Source: Eledone cirrhosa
Lineage: Eukaryota
Direction: 5' to 3'
Assembly (NCBI GenBank): GCA_964016885.1
Contig: OZ024740.1
Coordinates: 147,560,001-147,624,000, forward strand
Length of the DNA: 64,000 nt
In this document: positions 1 through 12,810 of the stretch, one piece after another
Numbering within the stretch: position 1 is the stretch's first letter
Layout of the letters: each line of letters starts with the position of its first letter
The notes under the pieces: model-generated
The model's input: only the letters and a program-made list of their open reading frames with translations
What the model was told of the DNA's origin: nothing
Databases searched by the model: none
Program-made: the position numbers and the translations under genes

Positions 1-379
1 TGAATTAATATTTCGTATTAGTATTTTGTAGTAGTATTTGTAAGTATTTGTAAGTATTTTAGTATTTTCGTTCTCAACTTATTAACCTGTCATTGTAAGA
101 TAGCATTGGTTGATTACTAACTAACTATAACAGTGGTGTTAGACCACCCGTAAAGCCGGCTTTATAAAATTCTTTCACTACAATCTCGTATTTAGTATTT
201 TTCTCCACCTATTAAACTTTTCTATAGCTTAGCAATACCAATGAGAGATTTGGTGATTGTGGAGATGGAGTAGTAACCAGAAATTGTTTTTTATATTTAT
301 TTCCTTATTTTTATAATGTTTTTTTTTGTTTACTCCCTTTCGATTTACCTATTCTTTCAACTCCCCCTTCCCCTTCGCC

Positions 380-772
380 AGTACACTTTTTTCGATCTTC
401 TATACACTATCCTTAGAATCTGCTGTATAGATTTCACTTTCAACGCTTGACTTGGTTTCCCCCACTCCCTCTTTGTTCTACCGGCAAGTTCAGCTACCCC
501 TACCTCCCCCCAAATGCCAGGATAGAAATATCTGTCTTTACAACAAATTTTTGACCAATCCTTTTGACAATTACTATCTTCCCATATAAGGAATTACTCC
601 CGGTTATTTATTTACCAGGCTAAAAATTCTTATTTAGTCCAGAATTAGCCGTCGAAACGGCTTGAGCTCTGCCCTCGGGGTCATACTTGTTCCTATTACC
701 CACTCTACTACCCTAAGTATTGAGTACTTTGATGCTTTATGGTCCATCCGGTTCCTTACCACTTTTTCTTCG

Positions 773-775
<3 letters not shown>
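380..775 (+). mobile_element. Non-coding 3' remnant of a PLE-type repeat abutting (TA)n
   Basis: 400-480 resembles 17650-17730, which lies downstream of a GIY-YIG fragment. 700-775 matches the reverse complement of 43938-44015. Confidence 0.5.
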
Positions 776-842
<67 letters not shown>

Positions 843-1264
843 TTGTGTATATGTGTGTATATGTGTGTATATGTGTGTATATGTGTGTGTATATGTATGT
901 GTATATATATATATATATATGGATTATCGTTGTGTATGTGTATGAGTTGCTGTATATGCGGGTGAGTGTATATGTATATATGTATATGTATGTTGGTATT
1001 TCTTTTATTATTTTTTAAATTTTATTTTTATTTTTAATTTCTTTTATTTTTTAATTTTATTTCTTATACACATATATAATGTATGTATATGTATATATAT
1101 GGGTATGTATGAGTGTGTATGTGTGTTTGCATGTATGTATGTTGTGTATATGTGTACATAGGGTTTTGGTATATGTATGTTTGGTAAACATATGTGTATT
1201 TACCTGTAGGTATGTGTGTGTTATATACGCATTCATGCGTGTATATTTATATCTGTATTTATAA

Positions 1265-1313
<49 letters not shown>

Positions 1314-1500
1314 TATATATATGTATATATATATATGTGTGTTTTTGGTGAATAAGTTCGTATGTGTGCGGGTATATGTGTCGCGCTTGTTTACGTACAT
1401 GTGCGCGTGTTCATGTGTACGTGCATGTATATGTATGTATGGCGGGTGTTTTCGCGTATGCACGTGTATGTACGTATATGTATGTATATATTTAATTATT
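773..1500. repeat. (TA)n/(TG)n/(TATG)n compound microsatellite, representative of dozens of such tracts in the window
   Basis: Direct reading. These tracts account for most [12 protein letters not shown] ORFs. Confidence 0.97.
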
Positions 1501-1560
1501 ATCACTTTTATGATTTTAATAATCTCTGTCATTTTCATTCAAATAATTTATTTACATTAT

Positions 1561-1740
1561 TGGCAGTATCAGTAGAGGGTCGGACTCCATGCTTTGTAGC
1601 ATAAAGTTACGTCCCTTTGCCGTCTGAGTTCAAATTCTGCCGAGGGTAACTTTGCCTTTCATCCTTACGGGGGTGATAAAATATAGTACCAGTAATGCAC
1701 TGGGATAATTCCTGGCCTTGTGCCAAAAAGTAGAACTAAT
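1561..1740 (+). mobile_element. tRNA-derived SINE
   Basis: Box A-like TGGCAGTATCAG, box B GAGTTCAAATTC and the body CTTTGCCTTTCATCCTTACGGGG..GATAAA..GTACCAG shared with other copies. Confidence 0.85.
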
Positions 1741-2089
1741 TATTCTTAATTCAGAAGCCGAGAATCATTTGGTTTCCTAAATAGAATATTAGTCTAATGA
1801 CTCCATTTATACCCTAAACGTGGTTTTGTCTTTGTGTGTAATTTTTCTCATCGCTCCACATAATGACGTATTATCTTCGCTTTTTTTCGTTCATTGCCAG
1901 GAAACGTCTTCACGATCCAAAGTATCGTCTTCCTGTTTTCCTTCGGTTGCAACATTTTTCGAAATATTTACTTCTGCGTTCACAGATTGATTTTTTTAGT
2001 TTCAGAAGATCCCGTTAAGGGTGAAAGCAGCGATTCCTTGCTTAAACTTTGATCTGTTATTTTAATAAATATATATATATATATAGGGA

Positions 2090-2981
2090 AAAAGATGAAA
2101 TCGAAAATGCAACTGGAGTCTTTTTAAGAATATTTAATTGTTTCCTTCACCGGTTTCACAGTTCTTAAACTTTTCAAACGTAGAATTGAGATGGAGGGTT
2201 TGTCGCTTTTCTCGCATCTGGTTGGTTTTCGAATGTTACTTCTGTTTTATGTTGAAAAAAGTAGCTCGAAATGCTAGGTTTTTGAGAAAAGTAATTTGGT
2301 TGGTTGATGACTGTCACGTGAATAAGTATAATCAGCACATCAGCTATACTCACTGAACCAGAGCAATTCTCCCCATCCCGTTTTTCTTGACCATTATCTT
2401 TTGTTTGGCACAAAACTCTCTATGACAAGTCATGTGACTGTGAAAACGGCTACAAAGAACCCCCTAATACGAACTGGCGCGAAATGTAATGTATTTATTC
2501 ACGTGACGGTCATAAGCAATCAAATTACATTTATAAAAAAAACAACATTTTTGAGCCACTTTTTAAAGTGAAAATGACAATAAAGCACCCTCAAACGCAA
2601 ACTGGCGCGAAAGTTGATGTGCTTATTCACGTGACTGCATCAACCAACCAAATTTCACTCATATATGAAAAAACAATTTGAGTCCCCTTTCTTTTAAAGG
2701 CAAATACAATAAGAACTTTGTAACGTGAACTGGCGTGAAATTTATTATACTTATTCACGTGACAGTCATCAACCAACCAAATTACTTTTCCCAAAAACCT
2801 AGCATTTCGAGCCACTTTTTTCCACATAAAATGAAGTAACATTCGAACAACAATCAGATCCGAGAAAAAGGACAAACCCTCCATCTCAATTCTACTTTTG
2901 AAAAGCATAAGATAAGAACTGTGAAACCGGTAAAGGAAACAAATAAATATTCTTAAAAAGACTCGTTGCATTTTCGATTTC

Positions 2982-2988
<7 letters not shown>
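2090..2988. mobile_element. Solo fold-back element (arms 2090-2332 / 2744-2988) between (TA)n tracts; same family as the pLTR at 60816-61611 / 62322-63089
   Basis: Diverged inverted arms starting AAAAGATGAAATCGAAAATGCAAC. 2345-2988 is colinear with about 62455-63010. Three internal 128-bp units. Confidence 0.8.
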
Positions 2989-3056
<68 letters not shown>

Positions 3057-3361
3057 ATATATATATATATATATATATAATACATACATATATATATATA
3101 CATGCATATGTGCGTGTGTGTGTTAGTTAGGTGTGTAACTACAGTTACAGGCGGTGCTGTTACGAGGTCTGTCTCGTTTGGCTTGTATTCCAGATTTAAG
3201 GCGGCTGTATTGCGGACAGTGTAAATAGATTATAACTCGCAAATCTGACAAGATGTCGAAAAAGAGTCGGGCCCCGTCATCTTGATTGAACACTGAGATG
3301 ATCAATTTTAATATGCCAATTAAGGTTGTACATACGCTTCAACACTCATCTCGATTCTTCT

Positions 3362-3518
<157 letters not shown>

Positions 3519-3714
3519 TGGATTAGATGAGTTGATAATACAATCATATAAGGCAAAAAGTTATTCACAGTTCGAATGCGATTTTATTGTCTACAGTAAA
3601 ATTAGCAAAATACAGTTCAGTGTTTAATCCAATTTGTAAATTTCCAGTCATAGTAGTTTTATGACATCACAGAGCATATATAAAAAGAATATCAAATAAC
3701 CAGGGTTTAATTAC

Positions 3715-3807
3715 ATTATTTAATAGATTTACGACCGTTTCTTTCAAATTCAGAAGATAGTAGCATTTTATTCCACTGTATTAAATTCATCAGAATCATT
3801 AAATAAT
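3715..3807 (-). ncRNA. Type I hammerhead ribozyme motif with 45-nt stem II domain
   Basis: Minus strand reads AUUAUUUAAUGAUU-CUGAUGA-[45 nt]-GAAAC GGUC GUA^AAUCUAUUAAAUAAU, giving a ~14-bp stem I. Overlaps an inverted repeat at about 3785-3930. Confidence 0.7.
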
Positions 3808-3967
3808 ACAAAAAAAAAGGAAATTATTTACCAACCGCATGTCCGAACATCTAATATGTAATTGGAGATGGTCGGACATTCGGTTGGTAAATAATTACCT
3901 CTGCTGTATTATTTAATGATTCTGAAGAATTATTGCTAATTGCGATTATTACTAAAATGTGAGAGAG

Positions 3968-4170
3968 GTGGACTGACAGTATCGGTAGAGCGGCGGACAA
4001 AATGCTTTACGGTATTTGGTTATGAATTGCTACATCAAGAATTCAAATCTCTCAAAGTCCAAGTTTACCTTTCATACTTCCAGTGTCGATAAAATAAAGT
4101 ACCATTCAAGTACTGGTAATCAACTTTCCACTTCCCTCAAATTGCGGACATTGTGCCAAAGTTAGAAAGA
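3968..4170 (+). mobile_element. tRNA-derived SINE (diverged)
   Basis: Same head and body as 1561-1740. Confidence 0.75.
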
Positions 4171-4309
4171 ATTATTACTAAAAAAGCAACATACATTGTT
4201 ATATATTTGCAAGAGATGTCAGCATGAATGAACCTGTTATTTTTATCTAAAGACATTTTTTCCAATTCCATCCCGCCCGTCCCCTCAATCTATTTTATTT
4301 CTCATTCTT

Positions 4310-4345
4310 TCTTCTGATGAGGGACTAGCGTCCGAAACGTTAAGA
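4310..4345 (+). ncRNA. Minimal type I hammerhead motif
   Basis: UCUU-CUGAUGA-G-GGAC UAGC GUCC-GAA-ACGU(palindromic stem III)-U^AAGA. Confidence 0.7.
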
Positions 4346-4426
4346 CCCTCTTCCTGCTATATCAAGCGTTAACCTAATATATACCTTCCATATACTGTAC
4401 CAATTGTGTTGTTATTTCTGTTTACC

Positions 4427-4464
<38 letters not shown>

Positions 4465-4608
4465 TGCTAACAAGAATATATATATATATAAATATATGAA
4501 ACATTAACAGAAGATAATTTGTAAACAATGTAAGAACATATAGTTACAAAAGGTAGCATATTAAAATTTAACAAAAACTTTAAATATAGATAACTGGCAT
4601 TTGTGAAA

Positions 4609-4781
4609 TGGCAGTATCGGTAGAGGGTCGGACATGCTTTCCAGCATAGTTACGTCCCTTTATGATCTGAGTTCAAATCCCGCCGAGGTTAACTTTGCCT
4701 TTCATCCATACGGGGGTCGATAAAATAAAGTACCAGTAATGTACTGGCTAATTGCTGGCCTTGTGCCAAAAGTAGAAACAA
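4609..4781 (+). mobile_element. tRNA-derived SINE
   Basis: TGGCAGTATCGG ... GAGTTCAAATCCCGCC plus conserved body. Confidence 0.88.
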
Positions 4782-4920
4782 TTAATTATTTATGCACCTT
4801 CACACATATTCCATTATTGCTTCAGTAATATGTTTCCCTATTAAATGGTAAAGTTCAAGAGTCAATTCTGGATCATCAGCAAAGGAGAGAAATCTAACTA
4901 TATGAACTAACATTGCTATA

Positions 4921-4961
<41 letters not shown>

Positions 4962-5644
4962 ACGTTTCCATTTTGTTATTAAATTATCTTAGGCTTGTTA
5001 GGTTCCTGGTATTGGATATTGTGTTGATGGTTTTCGTCTGGTGATAGTGAGATTTGTTATAACCAGGAAATATAGGGATAGAAAGATGTGTCAACAACAT
5101 AATAATATGCTTTATTAAAAGTAACTGAAAGAAATTTGGAAAGGTTGAAGAAATATTGATTCTTAGTGATTTAATAGAGATCATGGAAAGCATTGTTAAA
5201 ACAAGGAATTTTTCTATTCTACTCGTTACCATTTTTAATAGCTTTATTCATGACTAGGAGTGAGTACAATGTTGTAATCTTTCATGGAACGTTGAAGTAT
5301 TTTCTCAATTATAATATTCTGCATCAAAAGAATGGCTCCAGTCTGATAAATGAGAGGAAGTTGGCCTATTGTTGTAGAGACATATTGTTGAGTAATGTTG
5401 ATGAAAATATTCTTTAAGAAGTAATATATCACTTAGAAACCGATTTCTAGAATTTAGAAAATTAATTTGGATTATAAAGCTTTTTCAAAATTCATATACA
5501 AAATATATACCCGTTTTTTATCTCCTATAATCATTAATCATGTAATCAGCTTTACAGGAGTTCTTATTTCCAGCTTCAAAGAAAATTATCTAAACTGGGA
5601 TTTTCAAGATTATTTAAAGTGTAAACTTGTTACGTTTCTTTTCT

Positions 5645-6790
5645 TTACACGCAGGTTGACTGCATAGAACTTCTGGTTCCAAATGACATTCGTAAATTGT
5701 TCGATGTTCTCCTATTGATGGCATTACGACTACAAGTAAATAGAGCGCATAGTTCTTTTCGAAAGTATGCTCCAGTAAAACTATAAAGAAAGAAATTAAC
5801 ACAATAATTCATATAAAAGATTGTTCGTGTGATAGATAAAATGCTTTTTAGAAATTCAAAATCTATTGCCACTCTAATAAAATCAATATTGGTTATTAAT
5901 ACAGCCTTAGAAAATTGAATACACCACACAACAAAAAATGGTAAATTGAGGGCTATGAAGAAGAAGGATATCACAAGAAGAATTAATGTGAACTCTAAAC
6001 GAATGACATTTTCCGCAGTAATTACAGCGTTATAGTTCCTCTTTCTATTTCTTCGTAGAAGACAGCGGATTATAAGACTGTTTAGTACTGTAATTATTGT
6101 GAAAGGAACAAAAGTAATAAAAAATGCAAAAATGTTATCCAGTATGAAAGATATTATATTAAAATCTGGATGTACTGTGCATATTTTTGGTCCACCGTTC
6201 GTAACCTCATGGATTCCAATAAGAAGTGGTTTATGAATGTTAAATACCAAAGAGGAAATCACGACAAACAAAAGTATGCGTCGAGTTGTACGGAGTGTGT
6301 AGTTTCTGTGTCGCTGGAATGGATGGCACACGGCAATATAACGCTCGACAGTGAATGCTACAACAATCCAAGCCGAGAGAAATCGTGACACATAACCAAG
6401 GTACACAAACAGTTGGCAAAATCCTTCCGTATGTAACAAATAGGTGTGGCTACCATTGGGCCACATTGCTAATCCCCTCTTCAACCAATCGATGCAAACG
6501 TAAAAAATGAGTGCAGTAATATCTGAAATTGAGAGTGCAATTAGGTAATGACTGGCAGATAAATGCCGTAGGCTTTTTGACAAAAATACAATGCATGATA
6601 ATATGTTTCCAATGATACCTAGAGAGAAAATGAACGGCGTAACGTAGATATAAAAGTATTGCGAAAATGTCAAAAGTCGCGAATTACTGTCTATGTTTGG
6701 TAGAGTAGAATTATTTTCCAAGAAGGTTCCAAGCAGTTTCAAAAGTCCATAGCTTTCATTCACTAAGCAGCACAGGGAAGAAATATTATC
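5645..6790 (-). CDS. Class A (rhodopsin-like) peptide-type GPCR, main coding exon (FMRFamide/TRH/sex-peptide-receptor-like orphan)
   Basis: Seven hydrophobic segments with GIIGN (TM1), LSISD (TM2), FTVERYIAVCHPF (E/DRY), FFIALNLP (TM6) and NYCVNFFLY (NPxxY variant). The frame is open back to a pyrimidine tract plus CAG acceptor at 6793-6791. N-terminal sequons NIS, NES and NNS/NST. Confidence 0.93.
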   Translation of the reverse strand, partial: DNISSLCCLVNESYGLLKLLGTFLENNSTLPNIDSNSRLLTFSQYFYIYVTPFIFSLGIIGNILSCIVFLSKSLRHLSASHYLIALSISDITALIFYVCIDWLKRGLAMWPNGSHTYLLHTEGFCQLFVYLGYVSRFLSAWIVVAFTVERYIAVCHPFQRHRNYTLRTTRRILLFVVISSLVFNIHKPLLIGIHEVTNGGPKICTVHPDFNIISFILDNIFAFFITFVPFTIITVLNSLIIRCLLRRNRKRNYNAVITAENVIRLEFTLILLVISFFFIALNLPFFVVWCIQFSKAVLITNIDFIRVAIDFEFLKSILSITRTIFYMNYCVNFFLYSFTGAYFRKELCALFTCSRNAINRRTSNNLRMSFGTRSSMQSTCV

Positions 6791-7169
6791 CTGAAAATAT
6801 AAGAAAAGGAAAATATATATCGTTTATCTTAATGTGAAATCGTATGTTGAAACAGTTGTTGATATATTTGGGGATGGTATATATTTCTGTGGTACCACTG
6901 AAGGACAAGATAGGGTAAACTGAATAAGACCAGAATGAAGAAGAGTCACAGAGAAGAAGAACAAAACATCATTGTGGAGGTCGCAGAATATGTGATGAAA
7001 GAGCTTTGACAAAATAACCAATAACCAATAACTAAAAATATTAAAGCTGAAGTGAAAGTCAAATAGAGCGTGTATTTTTATTGGCGATTTTGACATCATG
7101 ACCATCCCCAAATATAAAAATATATATCATTATTGGGGGAAATTATTGAGGTAAGTGGTTCTTCTCACT

Positions 7170-9620
7170 TGTTCTTCGTCTTCATCAATCCTGGCCTTAC
7201 TCAGAATAGGCAGTGTAAATGCAGATGAGCTGGGTTCGTCATGGAAAGGAGGCCATTTTCTCAACGACCTCAAATAATTGAACATAGATGTGGTAGCCAT
7301 CAGCTAGACTGTTCGATGCACGAGCCTTCGCACCCATTTTCGGGAGCTACGAGGTATACGCATCACCAAGACGTCCCGGATCTTGAAGCAGAATCGCTGT
7401 GTTGTTTTGGATCTCACGATTAAGACCTTTTTCCTGGACACAGAATGTGAGTTGGTGCAGTTCGGACATTTCCAAATGTCTGACAGGTATCGATGGATTT
7501 CTCGAATGTACCAATCATCTACTACCGCCTAACTGTGGTGCCTTGTCCTAGTCTACGTCTGCAGACATGAAATGAGGCTACGGCATCTCCAGTTTTCAGT
7601 GATGGTAAACGCGTGTGGTCACCGTTTGCTACATCCCTTAGTCGGCCGGGAATGGGAAGTGAGATGGCAGCGTTGTTTAGGAAAGGCCTAGATCTTGAGG
7701 TAAGGTCGATCTTACGGGACCCGGACGGTAAGTTGGTAGTCCTGGACATGAACAATAGTGAAGGTGGTGCCTTAAGACTGATGGGCGTCTACGCCCTGAC
7801 CGGGGCCGGACAGATTCTTTCGGTGCCTGGAAGCCTTTCTGGGAACGTCTCGCCCTTTACTGTTAGCGGGGGACTGGAACGGCATCTTAGACGCACGTTA
7901 GGATTGTGTGGGAGTAGCTGATAGGAGTGGGGTGCAAAAGCCTCGAGTACCTGATCAGCCAGTTCCAACTGTCTGACAAGTACCGACTAGATTTCCCTAA
8001 TGCGCCAGTGTGGACCTGGACCAGCCATATAGGTTCACCTAGATCGTATATAGATAGGTTTTTTATTATGACAATAGATAAGAATAGTATAGGTTGTCCA
8101 CACTTTCAAACGGTCACCTATTCAGATTACAAGTTTATGATCTGTATGGTTGACCTAGATAAGATGCGCAGGTTAGGACCTGGTTACTGGAAGATGAACG
8201 TCCTTTCCGGCACATAAGGCTTACAGGGACCGGGTCAACAATTTAGTTAAGCCAAAGTTGACGCGGGGGGGGGGGGGGGGTTGTCGTCAACAACAGGTGG
8301 TGGGGGCTCTCAAATGAGTGATTAAAGTAATTTCGATAGGTTTTAGCAAAGAAGTAGCGTTAGAGAAGAATAGAAAGGATGGGGAGCTGGTAGCTAAATT
8401 AGAGCAAATGGCATGCTAGCGGCGAGAATGGCATTAGACCATTTCTTCAATGCGAAATATGAAGGGTGCATTGTCAGAGCTAAGGTGTGTGCTCTAAGAA
8501 AGGAGATAACCAAAGCTGTCCGATGGGCCTGAGTGGCAGAGGCACAGCATGGTAACAAAACCAGAATTCGATCTTTGACAGACCGAAACGGACGTGAGCT
8601 GAACGGTTCCAGGTAGATGTGTAAGGCCTTTCGCCAGCACTATTCGGGGAAGTGGCGGGTCGGAGACGGTGGTGGACTTCAGTCCCAACCTCGACGGCTT
8701 ACCGCGTCCGATAACTTCGGCCAAAATTCGGGACACCTTAGTCGGTTGCACGAAGCGCAAGTCACCAGGTTTGGATTGTCTGCCCTACGAGCTTTACGTA
8801 GATATGCCAGACTTGTTCTCCGATCTCCTCGAAGCTCTCTACTGCAACTGGCAGCAGAACCAGATAATTCCCAGTTCTGAGAGCCGGGAAATAGTGACCT
8901 GATGAGGAAAGACAAGAACAAGAGGGACACGTTAAACAACTTCAGGCCCATAACTCTGCTGAACACAGAGTTTAAGATTTTGGCCAAAGTGTTAGCGGAG
9001 GGGTTGGCGCTTGTCATCCAGGATTTGGTAGGGGAGCTGCAAACTTGCGCTAGCCCAACCTGGTCCCTACACAACAACCTCCACCTCATGCGATACATCA
9101 TAGAGAGGGTAGGGTGTAAACCTGCATTGATGCTACGACATCTTTAGATATTCTTAAACAGTGAACATGTGTGCTCACCGTTTGTGAGACAGGTTTTAAG
9201 TAGCTCGTCTCTTTGATAGCTGCAATCCTGGGTCAAGAAAAAACCGGTCAAGAAAAACCAGGCAGGCAATGCAGCCAGGGAAAATTCCACTCTAGCTTTC
9301 TAAAGAGCATTAGTTATGGCCTAGTGCAATGACGCTCTAGGAAAGGCTCTGGGTGTCGACCATATCGAACTGACCTGTCTGTTCTGGAGGATTTTCAAGT
9401 CGAGGACTATGGATAACTTCCAGAATTCCCTCGTTTGGCAGTGCTACTGGGGGGGGGGGGGGGCTGCCGATTCGAGATAAACTCTACAGGCACGGAGGTG
9501 GGGTTAGACAGACCTGTCCGAGATGCTCACAGAGCGACGAAACCGTTCTGCGCACACTTGTCCAGTATCCATGCATTACTGGTTTGTTGAGATATATGTC
9601 GATTTTAGCAGACGGATTTA
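7170..9620 (+). mobile_element. Decayed Tx1/L1-clade LINE ORF2 in the GPCR intron (antisense to the gene)
   Basis: Fragments homologous to 49454-52500 (GPGYWKMN, KSPGLD, FRPITLLNTEFKILAK, C-terminal CPRC) with many frameshifts and a partial internal duplication of the endonuclease region. Confidence 0.9.
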
Positions 9621-9640
9621 CTGGGTGAAAGACAAATTAC

Positions 9641-9682
9641 CAGTACTGCATGGTCTGTTCTATTGATTTTATTAAAGTACAT
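9641..9682 (-). CDS. Predicted first coding exon of the GPCR (MYFNKINRTDHAVL)
   Basis: aagATG followed by 14 codons and a GTAATT donor at 9640. A phase-0 join to the 6790 acceptor gives a 395-aa protein and adds an NRT sequon. Confidence 0.65.
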
Positions 9683-10727
9683 CTTACATAATTTGATGAT
9701 GCATCTGCGACATAGACATCTTTTACCGCATCCCACTAAGTTCCTGGTCACAGCTTCGCTTCCTAAGACTCACATCCACTTGCGAAGGGATACACTAACC
9801 CCGTTCATGTCTCGTTTAGTGCTGCTATATTGCTCATCTGAAGTTTCCTTTTCCAAAACTCCTTTTCAAGATTATTATAAATATTAGAATTGTTTAAAAT
9901 AATTGTATATTACTTGAAATGAAATATTTTATACAAAACAACTCGTTGCATGACTGGTCTCCTATTTTGTATAGTCATATACTGTTGGGGGTAATTCACA
10001 TATTAACAGGTAAAATCAAATAGATTATCTTCCCTTGCAAAATGACGTGAACGTTAATGACCTCTACTCGCTAAATTTGGAATGAAAAATATAAAAGCTC
10101 TTAAGAAAGCATATCTATTGAGAGCATTAAATAATCCTCATGCATCTGTTATATTTCTAAAACAATAAGCAAGTTTCTTTCAAAACATATACATGATATT
10201 GGTACAGTTTCCAAAGATATGATATTTAACACATTAATGTTGATTTGGACTGTCTGGGCTGTACGTGATTTTGAAAATGATTATTTCCTCATCATTTACT
10301 TTAGTTATTTACATCTGTATGCATTTCTATGCTTTAAAAATATTCCAAAATTAATAGTTAAATAATGTCTAAATGATTAAAAAATATTTCCTTTTTATAA
10401 AACCCACATTTTAGGATGGATATACTGAAAAGCTCGACAGTAGATCATGAAAAGTGCTGCGTGATATCTCGTTATTTCGAGTCATACTTTGGCTTGGGGT
10501 ATAATAAAGAAAGTAATGACAGAAAGCAATACATTAAACACAGTTTTATTCAAATACAGAAAGCCACATTCGGTATGTGGAGAAAGTTTTTTTTTTTTCG
10601 TTTTTCATTGTTATTTATAATTGTTGATCTTTATCCATGAAAATCTTGTGATACTTGTCTCAATAATAGATAATTTCTCTATTCAGATTTTTCTTAATAT
10701 TTTCTTGTGAACGAGATATTGCCAAAG

Positions 10728-10782
10728 CTAGATCTTTCTGTACAAGTGCTATTATTAATAGCACTTGTACAGAAAGATCTAG
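10728..10782. repeat. Perfect 27-bp inverted repeat with 1-nt spacer
   Basis: CTAGATCTTTCTGTACAAGTGCTATTA-T-TAATAGCACTTGTACAGAAAGATCTAG. Confidence 0.95.
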
Positions 10783-11092
10783 GTGGTGGGTGTGGATTAA
10801 GAGAATGGGGATGGTTGACTGCTGCGTTGCCTAAAGACCTCCAGAAAAAACAATATGAAACGTGAAATATCATGAATATCAAGAATAGTTCTTTATTCCC
10901 GTGTCTCTATTATGATATCATTAGGACTATTCACAATATTAATCATGTCAGTATAGGTATTGATACCCAATAATAAATTAGCACCAAGCACACACACACA
11001 CACACACGCGCGCGCGCGCACACACACACACACACACACGCGCGCGCGCACACACACACACACACACGCACACACACACACACACATACACA

Positions 11093-11143
<51 letters not shown>

Positions 11144-11294
11144 TGGAATCAATCGATGATTTCGGAGTTAGGTTAAACTTGAAATTTGGTTTTGCTTATG
11201 AAGTGTTCGGAAGATGGAAGGAGAGAGTTGCTAGTTTGGTAAAGAGTAGGTTAATAGGGTTTGACACGTTGACGCAAGGGCCTTTTATACCTAA

Positions 11295-12001
11295 CTAGCA
11301 GAATGGCCCGGCGTTGCTCGGGCTTCTAAACATAGATTGGCATGTCTATCCCTCCTTTCTGAAACAGTTCAGAGAAGTACGGAATACCCCGGCCTGGGGA
11401 TGGTGTCTACATTTTGTGCTTATAAAAAGAATTCGTCGTAGATTACCAGGGGTTTAACTTAATTACGTGCCTGAGAGTAAAATGTTCAACCCACGAAAGC
11501 CAAGACGATAGGGTTAAGTATAAAGGCATTCGACAAACCGAACATGTATTTGTTGTGGTATGGTACAATGAAAGCAATAGTTACAGAGCAGTAAGCATGT
11601 GGGACTGCAGTGGTGGATAGCATAAAGGAATTTAGTTGGATACTTGTAAGGTTACAAACATCTACCCAATCTAATATAGACCAAACTATTATATCGGATG
11701 CCGAACGCTTCGGAGTTATTATTGGGGTCACCATCAACAATTTCAAGGGATGTACGTTTAAGTAGGGATAATATAGTCGATAAAGAGAGGTAACTCTTTC
11801 AAAATACTAAAGTGTTGTCTCTCTTGAACATTGTAGACAAAATTGCCGAACTATCTGACAAAAAGGGCTTAAAGTTTTAGTGAAAAAAACGCCTTTATCA
11901 ACAGAAATTGAAAAATAAAATCTTTAGACCGCAAGGAGTATATAAATGCAAGTTTGAAGTCAATCGGAGTAGAAATATGGATTTGTATAGACTTTGCCAA
12001 A

Positions 12002-12096
<95 letters not shown>

Positions 12097-12122
12097 ACTT
12101 CAGTTTTATATATATGTATAGA
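11295..12122 (-). mobile_element. Non-autonomous Helitron-like element
   Basis: Minus strand starts TCTATACATATATATAAAAC..TGTCTG and ends with a CCCGAGCAACGCCGGG hairpin followed by CTAG. Confidence 0.75.
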
Positions 12123-12810
12123 TAGATAGGCTCGAGGTGAAGTAATTTTTGGATGGGTTTCACAATAAGTACATCATAATACCTGTGAATAAAGTAGCAG
12201 TAATTTCGCTATAATATACACCTGTCGGTTTTAGCTAGGGAATTAGGATGTGATGTCAATTATAATTTTAATGGTAATGGAACTTACAAGCTGAGTCTGG
12301 GGGGATACTAATCAGCTGATAGTAAAACTTAAGTGTAAATTAGAGGATCTGGTTGGTTGCCAGAGTCTTCTCGATACCCAAGTTGCATAAGACGCATCAT
12401 GGTTATAGATCTATAGCCGAAGCTAGTAGGTGCACGAATAAACAAGTTGATATTTTAGTTAACGAAGCATTTGCAGTAGTTAACGAGGCATTTGATAGAT
12501 ATTGTGGCACAATTCTTGTAAATAGTGGAATGAATATGAGGTGGATTATAGGATCTACTAATGATTTTTTAACTAGATTGAATAGAATAAGGATTATAAA
12601 AACAATTCACGTATATGACATTTCCAACCTTTACACTAGTTCGGAGCTGGATTTAGTTAAAAAGGGAATGGGTAGTATAATGCACATGGTTTTCGGTAAT
12701 AAGTTCAAGTATGTTTCCTTCAGGAACGGCAAGGGCTTCATGTCTAGAGTAAAGTATAACGGATAAACTAATTGGACAAAGCTCATACAGGAAGTACGGT
12801 TTATAGTAAG

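Noticed and set aside
2461-2790. CRISPR-like repeat-spacer pattern
   Set aside because: The whole 128-bp unit is repeated, the context is eukaryotic and there are no cas genes.
6761-6763. ORF-track start of the GPCR
   Set aside because: The codon is GTG inside an exon that stays open to a splice acceptor, so it is not a credible eukaryotic start.
11486-11746. Helitron Rep/helicase coding fragment
   Set aside because: Only a vague IVPY resemblance; not enough to call.
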